Positions 1-10,005 of a stretch of DNA of 64,000 nt are shown here, in pieces. A program made the position numbers and the translations under genes. Each line of letters opens with the position of its first letter. Position 1 is the stretch's first letter. Under the pieces are notes generated by a model that did no database searches, was not told the DNA's origin, and was given only the letters and a program-made list of their open reading frames with translations. Source of the stretch: a bacterium HR34 (GTDB taxonomy: Bacteria > Patescibacteriota > Minisyncoccia > Minisyncoccales > HRBIN34); the NCBI GenBank assembly GCA_002923395.1, contig BEIK01000001.1:21331-85330 (forward strand), read 5' to 3'.

Positions 1-849
1 AAATTTATATCAGATTATTCTAATATAGTTGACCAGGCAAAGTTCGGCGTTTTTAGAATGGTTAAAGAGTTAAGAGAGGCAAAAACAGGAGAAGACGGTT
101 CTTATCCCTTGGTTTTTGCTGGCGATAAAGAAATAGTTTTTTTCGCAGATGTTGATAATGATGGAGTTGTTGAAAAAGTTAGATATTTTTTGGGAAGTGT
201 TCAATCAGCAGATTATACGCAAACTTGTTCTACCAATACAACAGGTGGTAGTTGTTCTGTAGTTTTTTCTAATTTTTTTAATGGGACACTTGTTTCAGCA
301 AGTGCTAAAGTTTCTGGAAGGGGTGATTTAAACCAAGGAAATGAATATTTTGATGTATTTGCAGACGGAGTGAAGTTAGGACAAGTATGTAAATCTGGGT
401 GTAGTCAATGTGGAAGTTCGTTCGAGGGAACACAAACATTCGATGTTTTATCCCAGGCGCGAGATAATAGTTTGGTTTTAACAGCCGATGCTACAAATGA
501 CGTGAATATATGTAACCCTAAAATGGAAGCAAAATTTGAGTTGTCTGTTAGTTGGAATGATACTTCAGGAGATAATATATTAAAAAAAGAAGTAACAGAG
601 CCAACAGGAGATCCGCCAGAATATTTACCAAATAACAGTACAACAACTGTAATTTCAAATTATGTGATAAACACGCCACCAATATTCCAATATTATGACA
701 AAGAGGGTAATATTATAAATGACACCCCAGCACGCTTAAAGGATACAAAGCTTATAAGAGTTTATTTAGTTATTGATAATGATATTAATAAATCTCCAAA
801 ACCTTTTGAGTTAGAAACATTCGTTAATATAAGAAACTTAAATGAATAA
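1..849 (+). CDS. Minor pilin-like / type IV pilus assembly protein, 5'-truncated by window edge
   Basis: The reading frame is open from nt 1 with no in-frame stop before the first Met, so the gene starts upstream of the window. The product is secreted-type, Cys-containing, beta-rich and Asn/Thr-rich, resembling the C-terminal part of PilV/PilW-like minor pilins. It lies directly upstream of pilX-like and pilMNO. Confidence 0.4.
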   Translation, partial: KFISDYSNIVDQAKFGVFRMVKELREAKTGEDGSYPLVFAGDKEIVFFADVDNDGVVEKVRYFLGSVQSADYTQTCSTNTTGGSCSVVFSNFFNGTLVSASAKVSGRGDLNQGNEYFDVFADGVKLGQVCKSGCSQCGSSFEGTQTFDVLSQARDNSLVLTADATNDVNICNPKMEAKFELSVSWNDTSGDNILKKEVTEPTGDPPEYLPNNSTTTVISNYVINTPPIFQYYDKEGNIINDTPARLKDTKLIRVYLVIDNDINKSPKPFELETFVNIRNLNE

Positions 850-2257
850 AATATTTCATAAAAACTTATCAGAAGGATCAATTACTTTATACGCAATGAT
901 AATGATGTCAGTATTTTTAATTATTTTCACTTCGTTGGTTGGAATGGTAATTTCAAGGTTAAAAGCAGCGGATCAATTAGCAAGCTATGAACAATCTCTT
1001 GCAATAGCAGAAGCAGGAATTAATTATTATAGGTGGTGTTTAAATCATAATGTTGAAGGCAATTGCCCGATTAATTTCACTTATGAAGATTCTCAGGGGG
1101 TTCAATTGGGGCGAATCGAAATTACAAATTTATCAAATCAGGCGTGCGGAGAAATAGTATCTTATGATGTTGTTTCTAAAGGTTACACATTAAAATACCC
1201 AACACTTGACAGATCAATCTCTATTCAATATGCAAGAGAATCTGTTGGCAAATATGTAACTTTGTTAAATGATAGTGTTTGGGCAGGAGCAGATATAGAA
1301 TTAAAAGGATTGTATCATTCAAATGGTGGTATAAGAATGGACGGAGAAAATCAATCTTTGGTTACAAGCACCCAAACAGAATGGGTTTGCACATTGTCTT
1401 TTGGTTGTAGTGTATGTCCTACGAGTGATGGTTGCCGCTTAGATGGTGGTAAATGTATGTGCCCTGGAGTATTTACAACAGCAAACGGTAACAAAGATTT
1501 ATTTTCTTTTCCTGTTCCTCCTTTTGATTTTAATTCAATTACAGTTGATATAGCAAATATAAAATCAATAGCACAAAGTTCAGGGATATACTTGCCCCCA
1601 TCTGTAAATTTAAATGCCAATGGTAAGGGATACCACGTTATACTTAGTAATAATTCAATTAAAGTGAATATAATAACTAAACTATCTCCTGTTTGGGCTT
1701 ATTCTCTAGAGGAAGGATGGCATTATGATTATTTTATAATATCAAGCGAGGTAAATTATGCTACTTACAACATACATCCATCTTGCGCAGTTGCTTTTTT
1801 TGAAGATGATGTTTGGGTTGAAGGAACATTACAGGGTAAATTAACTTTAGTTTCAGCGCAATTACCACCTTTATCTAAAAATACAAATGCCATTTTGCCA
1901 GGCAGTATATCTTATAATCTTAATAATCCAAAAGACGCCTTTACTCTAATAGCAGAAAATAATATTTTAATAGGTCCTCAATCGCCAAATGATATGGAGT
2001 TAAGGGGTATTTTTATAGCGCAAAATGGAAGATTTGGAAGGAATCTTTATTTGAATAATTACAGAAATAGTTTGGAGGTAAGAGGTTCTATTATTAGCAA
2101 TGGTAGAGTTGGAACTAAATGGATTTGTGGTGGGAGTTATTGTTCTGGTTATGCAAGAAGAGAAAACAGCATTGATACAGAATTGATATATAACCCTGCT
2201 CCTTTCACGCCATTTATTGAATCTAAATTCAAAATTATAAATTGGGAGGAACTTTAA
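842..2257 (+). CDS. PilX-like type IV pilus minor pilin / assembly protein
   Basis: N-terminal hydrophobic helix (ITLYAMIMMSVFLIIFTSLVGMV) is followed by the A-x-AEAG motif (LAIAEAGINYY) typical of the PilX N-terminal domain. A large Cys-rich beta-rich ectodomain follows. The gene overlaps the upstream gene by 8 nt, consistent with an operon. Confidence 0.45.
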   Translation: MNKIFHKNLSEGSITLYAMIMMSVFLIIFTSLVGMVISRLKAADQLASYEQSLAIAEAGINYYRWCLNHNVEGNCPINFTYEDSQGVQLGRIEITNLSNQACGEIVSYDVVSKGYTLKYPTLDRSISIQYARESVGKYVTLLNDSVWAGADIELKGLYHSNGGIRMDGENQSLVTSTQTEWVCTLSFGCSVCPTSDGCRLDGGKCMCPGVFTTANGNKDLFSFPVPPFDFNSITVDIANIKSIAQSSGIYLPPSVNLNANGKGYHVILSNNSIKVNIITKLSPVWAYSLEEGWHYDYFIISSEVNYATYNIHPSCAVAFFEDDVWVEGTLQGKLTLVSAQLPPLSKNTNAILPGSISYNLNNPKDAFTLIAENNILIGPQSPNDMELRGIFIAQNGRFGRNLYLNNYRNSLEVRGSIISNGRVGTKWICGGSYCSGYARRENSIDTELIYNPAPFTPFIESKFKIINWEEL

Positions 2258-2289
2258 TTTTTGATATAATTTTATATTTAACATAACTT

Positions 2290-3387
2290 ATGGAATTTTT
2301 ATCACTAAGAGAAAAATCTTTTGGCTTAGATCTTTCTGATTTATCTTTAAAATTTATAGAATTTAAAGAAAAAAATAACAACATTTTTATAAATTCTTTT
2401 GGCGAAAGAAATATACCTCAAGGAATTATTTCAGAAGGTAAAATTTTAGATGTTGAAAGGTTGGCTAATATTGTTAAAGATGCAATTTCTAATCCTTATT
2501 ACAATAAACTTTCAACAAAATATGTTGTTTGTTCTTTGCCAGAAGAAAAGGCATTTGTGCAAGTAATTTCAATACCAAAGGTTTCAGATGAAGATTTAGA
2601 AAAAGCAGTAACTTTAGATGTTGAAAATTATGTACCTCTGCCAATATCAGAGGTTTATTTTAATTATCAGAAAATAGATATATTAGGGAAGTCAAATCAT
2701 ATTGATATACTGCTATCAGCAGTTCCAAAAGATATAGTTGAGGTCTACGCTCAAACTATTAGTTTGGCAGGTTTAATTCCTTCCTCATTTGTTTTAGAAA
2801 CAGAAGCAATAGTAAAAGCAGTTATTGAAAATAATTTTTCTGAAAAACCTGTGGTAATTATAGACACTGGTGCTACAAGAACAAGCTTTATTATTTTTCA
2901 CAAAAACGCCATAAGGTTCTCTTCTTCTATAAGTATTTCAGCAAATGATTTTACGAAACAAATTGCAAGTTATTTTAAGATAAGTTTGCAAGAAGCAGAA
3001 AAAATAAAAATAGAAAAAGGTTTGGATAAAGAATATAAATCAGGCGCTTTAATTAAGTGTTGCTCTGATATTTTAGAAAAATTTTCTTATGAAACAATAA
3101 AATTAATTTCTTATTACACCTCTCATTCCAAAGATAAACATGAAGACGATATTCAGGAAAGAGTTGATAAAATAATAATATGCGGTGGAGGAGCCTTACT
3201 TAAAGGCTTTCCAGAGTATTTATATTATAAAACAGGCATAAAAACAGAAGTTGCAAACCCATGGATTAATATTATGAAAGACGATAATTATATTCCTCCG
3301 ATACCATTTGAAAAGTCATTATCTTTTACAACTGCCATAGGTCTTGGTTTAATTGGTATAAAAAACCCTGTTTTTTATAATATATAA
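2290..3387 (+). CDS. pilM: Type IV pilus assembly ATPase-like protein PilM
   Basis: Actin-like ATPase fold motifs (FGLDLSDLSLKFIE N-terminal phosphate loop, IIDTGATRTSF, IICGGGALLKG). Length of 365 aa and its position upstream of pilN/pilO fit PilM. Confidence 0.8.
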   Translation: MEFLSLREKSFGLDLSDLSLKFIEFKEKNNNIFINSFGERNIPQGIISEGKILDVERLANIVKDAISNPYYNKLSTKYVVCSLPEEKAFVQVISIPKVSDEDLEKAVTLDVENYVPLPISEVYFNYQKIDILGKSNHIDILLSAVPKDIVEVYAQTISLAGLIPSSFVLETEAIVKAVIENNFSEKPVVIIDTGATRTSFIIFHKNAIRFSSSISISANDFTKQIASYFKISLQEAEKIKIEKGLDKEYKSGALIKCCSDILEKFSYETIKLISYYTSHSKDKHEDDIQERVDKIIICGGGALLKGFPEYLYYKTGIKTEVANPWINIMKDDNYIPPIPFEKSLSFTTAIGLGLIGIKNPVFYNI

Positions 3388-3392
3388 AATAT

Positions 3393-3968
3393 ATGTATTT
3401 TTTACCTCCTCAATACAAAAATGATCTTAAAGCAATAAAAAAAAGCAAAATCGCTTTATCTATTTCTTTGTCTTTTGGAATATCTTTATTGTTTAGTTTG
3501 CTTTCTTTGTTTATAGCAGTAAATTATTTTAATCAAGAACTTTCATCAATTAAGTTATCTAACTCAAGAGAGCAACTTCTTATAGAAAAATATAAAAAAG
3601 AAGGGTTAGATAAAGAAATTATTAATTTTGATAAAAAACTCAGGTCAATTAAAGATTTTTATGACAGCCAAGTTTATATTTTGGATATTTATAACATAAT
3701 TGCTAAAGAACTAAAAGATAGGGGAAGGGTTTCATCTTTAACTATATCAAGAATTAAAAATCCAGAAGGTAAAATAGTTTATCAAGTATCTTTATCAGGC
3801 AGCATACCAACAAGAGAATTATTAGGTCAGGTTAGGAATGGCCTTGCATCTTATGAGCAAATACCAGAAGAAAGCATTATAGCTCAACTTGCCACATGGA
3901 TATCGCCAGATAGTTTTAATATAAGTTTTCAATATATAGGAAACAATGATAACCAAAAAGGAAAATAA
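3393..3968 (+). CDS. pilN: Type IV pilus assembly protein PilN-like (bitopic, coiled-coil)
   Basis: Short cytoplasmic N-terminus, a single TM helix (ALSISLSFGISLLFSLLSLFIAV), then a coiled-coil/periplasmic domain. Located immediately after pilM and overlapping pilO by 23 nt. Confidence 0.6.
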   Translation: MYFLPPQYKNDLKAIKKSKIALSISLSFGISLLFSLLSLFIAVNYFNQELSSIKLSNSREQLLIEKYKKEGLDKEIINFDKKLRSIKDFYDSQVYILDIYNIIAKELKDRGRVSSLTISRIKNPEGKIVYQVSLSGSIPTRELLGQVRNGLASYEQIPEESIIAQLATWISPDSFNISFQYIGNNDNQKGK

Positions 3969-4464
3969 ATTTTTAATAATTTTTGTTATGTCAATTTTAT
4001 TGCAGATAGTTTTTATATATTTTTTGTTGTTGCCAACTTATTGGACATTAAAAGATGCAGTACTCAATATTGTTGAAGAGCAGAGAAAATCACTAGAATT
4101 AAAGTTAGATTTATCAAACATAAATAAATTTTTGCAAGTTAAAGAAAAAGAAAAAGAATTTTTCCAAAGATTAAATGATTCTTTTGTTTCAATAAAAGAG
4201 CCAATTGAATTTTTAGATTTTGTTGAATCAGTAGTAAGCCAGCATTCTTCTGATTATGAGATTTCAGATGGAGGAAGATTAGAGGATGACTTAGGAGAAT
4301 ATATTATTTTAAATGTATCTTTTAAGGCAAGCGTGCCAGATTCTCTTAAAATTATTCATAAATTTCAAAATTCTAAATATTTAATGTCTGTTGAATCAGT
4401 GAGTATGAACTATGAAAATCAAGATGGTTCCGTTGATTTAAGGTTAAAAGCTTATATAAAATAA
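3946..4464 (+). CDS. pilO: Type IV pilus assembly protein PilO-like
   Basis: N-terminal TM helix plus a coiled-coil segment and C-terminal alpha/beta domain, with synteny after pilN. Confidence 0.5.
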   Translation: MITKKENKFLIIFVMSILLQIVFIYFLLLPTYWTLKDAVLNIVEEQRKSLELKLDLSNINKFLQVKEKEKEFFQRLNDSFVSIKEPIEFLDFVESVVSQHSSDYEISDGGRLEDDLGEYIILNVSFKASVPDSLKIIHKFQNSKYLMSVESVSMNYENQDGSVDLRLKAYIK

Positions 4465-4467
4465 ACT

Positions 4468-4773
4468 ATGAAAAAAAACATAAAAATAAATATCGGCGGA
4501 TTAAAAAGAAAATTGAATAAGGTTTCGGTTTTTATAATCTCAAAAAATCTTGTTTTTATTATTTTTAGTTGGTTTATTATTTTGGCTATATTTGGAATTT
4601 TGATTTATCTTGGCTATACAAGTAAATTGAAAGAAGGAGAAAGTAGAGCGTATATTAGCAAGTTTCTTTTTAGAGGTGGTGGAAACATAGATTATATAAA
4701 AGAAAAATGGATGAAAATGAAAGAAGAATTCGAGAAATCAGATTCATTAGAATATAAAAATATTTTTAAATAA
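4468..4773 (+). CDS. Small membrane protein (possible pilus-operon accessory), unknown function
   Basis: 101 aa with one TM helix (VFIISKNLVFIIFSWFIILAIFGILIYL). It is the last gene of the pilMNO gene string. No recognisable family. Confidence 0.3.
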   Translation: MKKNIKINIGGLKRKLNKVSVFIISKNLVFIIFSWFIILAIFGILIYLGYTSKLKEGESRAYISKFLFRGGGNIDYIKEKWMKMKEEFEKSDSLEYKNIFK

Positions 4774-4777
4774 AGTT

Positions 4778-5194
4778 ATGCTTTTTAAAGCTTACATAGA
4801 AACAAAAGGATTTTCAGATATTATAGATATAACAGATTACGCGCAAAATTTTTTAAAAGAAACAAATTTTAGTGGTGGTTTGTGCAATATTTTTTGCCCT
4901 GGCTCCACCTGCGCTATTACTTTAATGGAATATGAAGACGGCTTAATAAAAGACGCAAAGAATTTTTTTGATAAAATTATACCTCAATCAAAAGATTATG
5001 AGCATTGCAAAAAATGGGGAGATTGCAATGGTTTTTCTCATTTAAGGTCGTTGCTGTTAAAACCATCTTTAACTGTGCCATTTGAAAATAAAAAGCTTTT
5101 ACTTGGCACTTGGCAACAAATAGTTTTAATAGACTTCGATAACAGGGAAAGGAAAAGGGAAGTATATTTTAAGTTTATAAAAGATTATGATTAA
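4778..5194 (+). CDS. yjbQ: YjbQ/UPF0047 family protein (secondary thiamine-phosphate synthase-like)
   Basis: Conserved YjbQ blocks: CPGSTCAITLMEYEDG (compare HTTAALTINEN), FSHLRSLLLKPSLTVPF, LLLGTWQQIVLIDFDNRERKREVY. 138 aa is the typical length. Confidence 0.75.
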   Translation: MLFKAYIETKGFSDIIDITDYAQNFLKETNFSGGLCNIFCPGSTCAITLMEYEDGLIKDAKNFFDKIIPQSKDYEHCKKWGDCNGFSHLRSLLLKPSLTVPFENKKLLLGTWQQIVLIDFDNRERKREVYFKFIKDYD

Positions 5195-6938
5195 TGATGA
5201 AATAGCAAAAATATTTTTTGATATAGCAAACTACTTAAAAGCCCAAGACATCCCTTTTAAACCACAAGCGTATGAGAAAGCAGCTTTGATTTTGCAAAAT
5301 ATGGAGCAGGATATTAAAGAAGTTTATGAAAAAGGTGGCATAAAAGCATTAAAAGCTCTTCCCGGAATAGGTGAGAGCATGGCTCAAAAAATTCAAGAAT
5401 ACATAGAAACAGGTAAGATACAATACTACGAAGAACTAAAAAAACAACTTCCTGTTAACTTAACTGAAATTTCTGCAATTGAAGGAGTAGGGCCAAAAAG
5501 GGCAAAGGTTTTATACGAAAGATTAGGAATAAAAACATTAGATGATTTAGAAAAAGCAGCTAAAGAACACAAGATATGCAAATTATTTGGTTTTGGCGAA
5601 AAGACAGAAAAAAATATATTGGAGGGTATAGAGTTTGTTAAAAAAAGTAAAGGTAGGTTTTTGCTTAGTTTTATGTTGCCAAAGGCTTTTGAAATAAAAA
5701 ATTATTTAAGCAAGATTAAAGGAGTTTCAAGAGTTGATTTCGCCGGATCTTTAAGGAGGAGAAAAGAGACAATAGGTGATATGGATTTTTTGGTTGTTTG
5801 CACTAACCCAAAAGAAGTTATTGATTATTTTGTTAGTATGCCAGGAGTAATAAAAGTATGGGGTAAAGGTGAGGCAAAATCATCTGTAAGAATGAAAGAA
5901 GGTTATGATATTGATTTGAGAGTAGTAAGTGAAGATTCTTATGGCTCTATGATGCAATATTTCACGGGTTCTAAAGACCATAATATAGTTCTAAGAAAGA
6001 TAGCAATTGAAAAGGGAATGAAATTAAATGAGTATGGGCTTTTTAAGGGTAATAAAAAACTAGCAGGAAAAGATGAGAGAGAAATATATAATGTTTTAGG
6101 TCTTGATTATATAGAGCCAGAATTAAGAGAAAACAGGGGAGAGATAGAATGCGCTTTAAAAGGATGTTTGCCAAAAATAATAGGGTATCATGATATAAAA
6201 GGTGATTTACATACGCAAACTGAGTGGAATGGTGGCGAGAATTCAGTAGAAGAGATGGCGCTTGCTGCTTTTTCTTTGGGTTATGAATATATAGGTATTT
6301 CTGATCACACTCAATTTTTAAAAATTGAGCACGGTCTTTCAGAAAAAGATCTTTTATTGCAAAGAAGAGAAATAGATAAAATAAACAATAAATTTAAAGA
6401 TAAAGGCATAAAAATTAAAATATTACAGGGGGCAGAAACCAACATTATGCCAGACGGTTCATTAGATATTTCTAACGATGTCTTATCTAAATTAGACTAT
6501 GCTATTGGAGGAGTACATTCTTCAATGAAGATGTCAAAACAAGATATGACAAAAAGAATAATAAAGGCGATGGAAAACCCATACATTAATATAATTGCCC
6601 ATCCAACTGGCAGGATTTTACAAAGAAGAGACGAATATGAGGTTGATATTGATTTAATACTAAAAAAAGCAAAAGAGACAAACACAATTCTTGAAATTAA
6701 TGCTTATCCAGAAAGATTAGATTTAAACGATATCAATATCAAAAAAGCAAAAGAAATGGGTGTTAAAATGATAATTAACACCGACGCTCACCATATAGAT
6801 CACTTGCGTTATATGGAATATGGTATAGCACAGGCAAGAAGAGGCTGGGCAGAGAAAAAAGACATTGTAAACACTTGGAAACTAGAAGATCTTTTAAAAG
6901 AGTTTCAAAAGAAAAGAAAACTCTTCGGCGTGAAGTAG
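5187..6938 (+). CDS. polX: DNA polymerase X family protein with C-terminal PHP phosphoesterase domain
   Basis: N-terminal helix-hairpin-helix/Pol-beta-like region (LPGIGESMAQKI, IEGVGPKRAKVLYE, GSLRRRKETIGDMDFLV). C-terminal PHP domain with His/Asp metal ligands (GDLHTQTEWNGGE, ISDH, NTDAHH). Confidence 0.85.
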   Translation: MINDEIAKIFFDIANYLKAQDIPFKPQAYEKAALILQNMEQDIKEVYEKGGIKALKALPGIGESMAQKIQEYIETGKIQYYEELKKQLPVNLTEISAIEGVGPKRAKVLYERLGIKTLDDLEKAAKEHKICKLFGFGEKTEKNILEGIEFVKKSKGRFLLSFMLPKAFEIKNYLSKIKGVSRVDFAGSLRRRKETIGDMDFLVVCTNPKEVIDYFVSMPGVIKVWGKGEAKSSVRMKEGYDIDLRVVSEDSYGSMMQYFTGSKDHNIVLRKIAIEKGMKLNEYGLFKGNKKLAGKDEREIYNVLGLDYIEPELRENRGEIECALKGCLPKIIGYHDIKGDLHTQTEWNGGENSVEEMALAAFSLGYEYIGISDHTQFLKIEHGLSEKDLLLQRREIDKINNKFKDKGIKIKILQGAETNIMPDGSLDISNDVLSKLDYAIGGVHSSMKMSKQDMTKRIIKAMENPYINIIAHPTGRILQRRDEYEVDIDLILKKAKETNTILEINAYPERLDLNDINIKKAKEMGVKMIINTDAHHIDHLRYMEYGIAQARRGWAEKKDIVNTWKLEDLLKEFQKKRKLFGVK

Positions 6939-6948
6939 TTTTATCCTT

Positions 6949-8022
6949 TTATCCTTTTATCCATTCTTCAAGAAGTTGACGAGCCTCAAAATCTTTAATT
7001 TGTTTTGGTGGAGTTTTCATAAAGTAAGCAGATGCCTCTATCACAGGGCCTGCTAATTTTCTATCTAAGGCTATTTTAGCGCATCTTATTGCATCTATCA
7101 TAACGCCGGCTGAATTTGGGCTGTCCCACACTTCAAGTTTTGCCTCTATATTTAAAGGAACCTCTCCGAAAGTTTTACCTTCTATTCTTATATAGCACCA
7201 TTTTCTGTCTTTGAGCCATGGAATATAATCAGATGGTCCTATGTGGATGTTTTCATCATCAATTCTATAAGGGATTAAAGATCTTACAGCGTTTGTTTTT
7301 GATATCTTTTTTGAATGCAATCTTTCTCTTTCTAACATATTAAGAAAATCTGTGTTTCCGCCAAAATTTATTTGGTAAGTTCTTTCTATTTTAACGCCTC
7401 TGTCTATGAAAAGTTGGGTTAAAAATCTGTGCAAAATTGTTGCTCCAACTTGAGATTTAATATCATCTCCTATGACAGGCAAACCTGCTCTTTCAAATTC
7501 TTTTTGCCATTTTTTGTTGGATGCTATAAACACAGGTATCCCATTAACAAAAGCGCAGCCTGCTTTTATTGCTTCTCTTGCGTAAAATTGTGTTGCTTTT
7601 TCGCTGCCAACAGGTAAGAAATTCACAACAACATCAACCTCAAACTTTTTAAACAATTGCGCAACATTTACTCCTTTCTCTTTTGATTCTAAAACAACTC
7701 CTTTTAAGTATTTTCCAATACCATCCATGGTATGGCCTTTGTAGACTTTGGCATTAAGTTCCGGAACATTAGTAAATTTATAAGTATTATTTGGAGGTGC
7801 AAAAATCGCTTCGCTTATATCCTTGCCAACCTTTCTCTTATCTACATCTATGGCGCACACAAACTTTATATCTTTTATATGATAATCTCCCAAAACAGGG
7901 TGCATTATACCAGGAACTTCTTCTTTAGGTTTTACATTTCTATAATAATAAACTCCCTGCACCAAACTTGAAGCGCAGTTGCCAACACCTATAATGGCAA
8001 CCCTTATTTCCTTTTTTGACAT
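6949..8022 (-). CDS. ino1: myo-Inositol-1-phosphate synthase
   Basis: Near-identical blocks to actinobacterial/archaeal-type MIPS: [84 protein letters not shown]. Length 357 aa. Confidence 0.9.
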   Translation of the reverse strand: MSKKEIRVAIIGVGNCASSLVQGVYYYRNVKPKEEVPGIMHPVLGDYHIKDIKFVCAIDVDKRKVGKDISEAIFAPPNNTYKFTNVPELNAKVYKGHTMDGIGKYLKGVVLESKEKGVNVAQLFKKFEVDVVVNFLPVGSEKATQFYAREAIKAGCAFVNGIPVFIASNKKWQKEFERAGLPVIGDDIKSQVGATILHRFLTQLFIDRGVKIERTYQINFGGNTDFLNMLERERLHSKKISKTNAVRSLIPYRIDDENIHIGPSDYIPWLKDRKWCYIRIEGKTFGEVPLNIEAKLEVWDSPNSAGVMIDAIRCAKIALDRKLAGPVIEASAYFMKTPPKQIKDFEARQLLEEWIKG

Positions 8023-8080
8023 ATTTTTTGGAAAAATTAAAATAATACTTAATTATAATAAAAACTAAAAATACAATCCA

Positions 8081-8506
8081 ATGTTAAGAGAAAAATCAGC
8101 AGGCGCTATAGTTTTTTATATCGAAAATAAGAAACCTGTTTACCTTTTTTTAAAACATAGATCAGGCCATTTAGATATTCCAAAGGGGAATATAGAAAAA
8201 GGAGAAACGCCTTTGCATGCTGCCAAAAGGGAAATTTTTGAAGAAACTGGTTTGAGTGATATTAATTTTATTGAAGGATTTGAAGAAAAAATAAATTATT
8301 ATTATAAAAGCGAAGGAGAGTTAATTTATAAAGAGGTTGTAATTTTTCTAGCGCAAACAAGAATAAAAGAGGTTAAAATTTCTCCAGAGCATTTAGGATT
8401 CGAGTGGTTAGATTATGAAACAGCCTATAATAATATAAAGTTTGAAAACTCTAAAAAAGTTTTTTTAAGGGCGCATCAGTTTATAGTAGAGAAGTTTGTA
8501 ATATAA
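8081..8506 (+). CDS. NUDIX hydrolase
   Basis: Nudix box GHLDIPKGNIEKGETPLHAAKREIFEETGL (GX5EX7REUXEEXGU). Confidence 0.8.
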   Translation: MLREKSAGAIVFYIENKKPVYLFLKHRSGHLDIPKGNIEKGETPLHAAKREIFEETGLSDINFIEGFEEKINYYYKSEGELIYKEVVIFLAQTRIKEVKISPEHLGFEWLDYETAYNNIKFENSKKVFLRAHQFIVEKFVI

Positions 8507-8513
8507 AGGGTAG

Positions 8514-8873
8514 CTAAGAAGATACTTTTTCTTTTGATATTTCTATAAGTTTTTCAAACACTTTTGGATGTTCTTGGGCTAATTGAGCGAGAATTTTCCT
8601 GTCTATATCAATATTTGCTTTTTTGAGTCCGTATATAAACTTACTGTAACTTATGTTATTTAACCTACAGGCAGAGTTAATTATAATTTGCCACTCCCTT
8701 CTTTTTACTCTTTTTCTTGTTTTTCTATCCCTATAAGAATAACTTAGAGCTTTCATTAAAGCTTGTTTTGCTAGCGTGTATCTTGATTTCCTTCCCCATT
8801 TGTATCCTTTTGTTTGTTCAATTATTTTTTTTCTTCTTTTATGCGCTCTTTTACCTCTTTTTACACGTACCAT
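8514..8873 (-). CDS. rplT: 50S ribosomal protein L20
   Basis: MVRVKRGKRAHKRRKKII...KGYKWGRKSRYTLAKQALMKALSYSYRDRKTRKR is the canonical L20 sequence. It is the last gene of the infC-rpmI-rplT operon. Confidence 0.95.
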   Translation of the reverse strand: MVRVKRGKRAHKRRKKIIEQTKGYKWGRKSRYTLAKQALMKALSYSYRDRKTRKRVKRREWQIIINSACRLNNISYSKFIYGLKKANIDIDRKILAQLAQEHPKVFEKLIEISKEKVSS

Positions 8874-8892
8874 ATCTTTATTTTATAAATTT

Positions 8893-9084
8893 TTAAGGTC
8901 TATTTTGTAATAGTTTTTTTACTAACTTTGCTTCTGGTTTCGAAAGCGGAACTAATTTCTTTTTCTGTCTTAAAACCTTTCTTGATTTTTTGGCTCTAAA
9001 GTGGTTTTGACCACCAGCAACTCTTAACACTTTTCCTGTTTTTGTTATTTTAAATCTTTTTAACAATGTTTCTCTTACAGACAT
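8893..9084 (-). CDS. rpmI: 50S ribosomal protein L35
   Basis: 63 aa, very basic, with the KTKSAAKKRFKITKTGKV pattern of L35. Located between infC and rplT. Confidence 0.9.
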   Translation of the reverse strand: MSVRETLLKRFKITKTGKVLRVAGGQNHFRAKKSRKVLRQKKKLVPLSKPEAKLVKKLLQNRP

Positions 9085-9099
9085 ATTTTTACTTTAATT

Positions 9100-9606
9100 T
9101 TATTTTTTTGAAATTATAACCGTAAAACCTCTTGGTTCTAACTTAATATCTCTTTCCACTTTATATTCCACCTTTTCCTCCAAGAGTGATAGTATTTTTT
9201 TTATTTTTTCAATTGCTTCATTTTTTAATGTCATCTCCCTTCCTTTCAATATCATTTCAATTTTCACCTTATGATTTTTTTCAAAAAACTTTTTTATTTG
9301 ATTTACTTTTATTTCTATATCGTGTTGACTTGTGTTAAAACCCACTCTTACATTTTTTAACTCCCCACCAGATTTTTTAGATGCTTTCTTTTTCTTTTTC
9401 TGAATATATAAATATTTTCCATAATCAGTTATTTTACAAACAGGCGGATTAACTTTATCAGTAACCTGAACCAAATCCAATCCTTTTTCTTTTGCTATGT
9501 TTATTGCCTCTTGTAAACTAAAAATGCCAAGTTGTTGGCCGTTCTCGTCAATTACTATTACATTTTTTGCTTTAATCTGATTATTATACAAAATTTTATC
9601 TTTCAT
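9100..9606 (-). CDS. infC: Translation initiation factor IF-3
   Basis: IF3 N- and C-domain motifs (NVIVIDENGQQLGIFSLQEAINIAKEKGLDLVQV; C-terminal KIEMILKGREMTLKNEA). Confidence 0.9.
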   Translation of the reverse strand: MKDKILYNNQIKAKNVIVIDENGQQLGIFSLQEAINIAKEKGLDLVQVTDKVNPPVCKITDYGKYLYIQKKKKKASKKSGGELKNVRVGFNTSQHDIEIKVNQIKKFFEKNHKVKIEMILKGREMTLKNEAIEKIKKILSLLEEKVEYKVERDIKLEPRGFTVIISKK

Positions 9607-9654
9607 GCAAGTTTTTGTCTATTTTTGCTGTTTTTGTTTATTTTAATTAATTTG

Positions 9655-10005
9655 TGGAGATGGAGGGATTCGCACCCTCGTCCAGAATAGCCACCCAAAA
9701 CATTCTACATGCTTAGCCAGATTTATATTTCTGCTTGCAGTAAAAATCTGGCAAAATTCTGCAAGCATACCCATATTTTTATGAAACGTAAACTCCCTAT
9801 GGGAAAGAGTTTACGTTTTCCTGATGGGTTGACACCCCCATATTCCTATCAGGAGTCAGAATAGGGGATGTGAGTTAGGCGTATGCTAACTCAGGTTGTT
9901 TTTGTATATTGGCATTTGTATTGCCTTCCTTGTTTTTTGCGGAAACAAGGAAAACCGGCGTGCATGTTTTGGGCAAACTATTCTGTCGAATCTTTTTTCA
10001 TCCCC
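9655..10005 (-). ncRNA. ssrA: tmRNA (transfer-messenger RNA, SsrA)
   Basis: The minus-strand 5' end GGGGATGAAAAAAGATTCGACAG pairs with the 3' end ...GGACGAGGGTGCGAATCCCTCCATCTCCA, giving a tRNA-like acceptor stem, T-arm and discriminator A. An internal tag ORF GCA AAA AAC AAG GAA ... TTA GCA TAC GCC TAA encodes (A)KNKEGNTNANIQKQPELAYA, ending in the characteristic LAYA/ALAA-type C-terminus. It lies immediately downstream of smpB. Confidence 0.8.

Noticed and set aside
1351-1620. Antisense ORFs inside pilX-like, ino1, ftsH, gyrA, recG, topA, relA and others (for example 1351-1620, 2000-2284, 7429-7617, 17301-17618, 17844-18365, 26925-27419)
   Set aside because: They lie entirely within well-supported genes on the opposite strand. 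They have low-complexity or hydrophobic AT-codon-driven composition and no motifs. They are spurious in an AT-rich genome.
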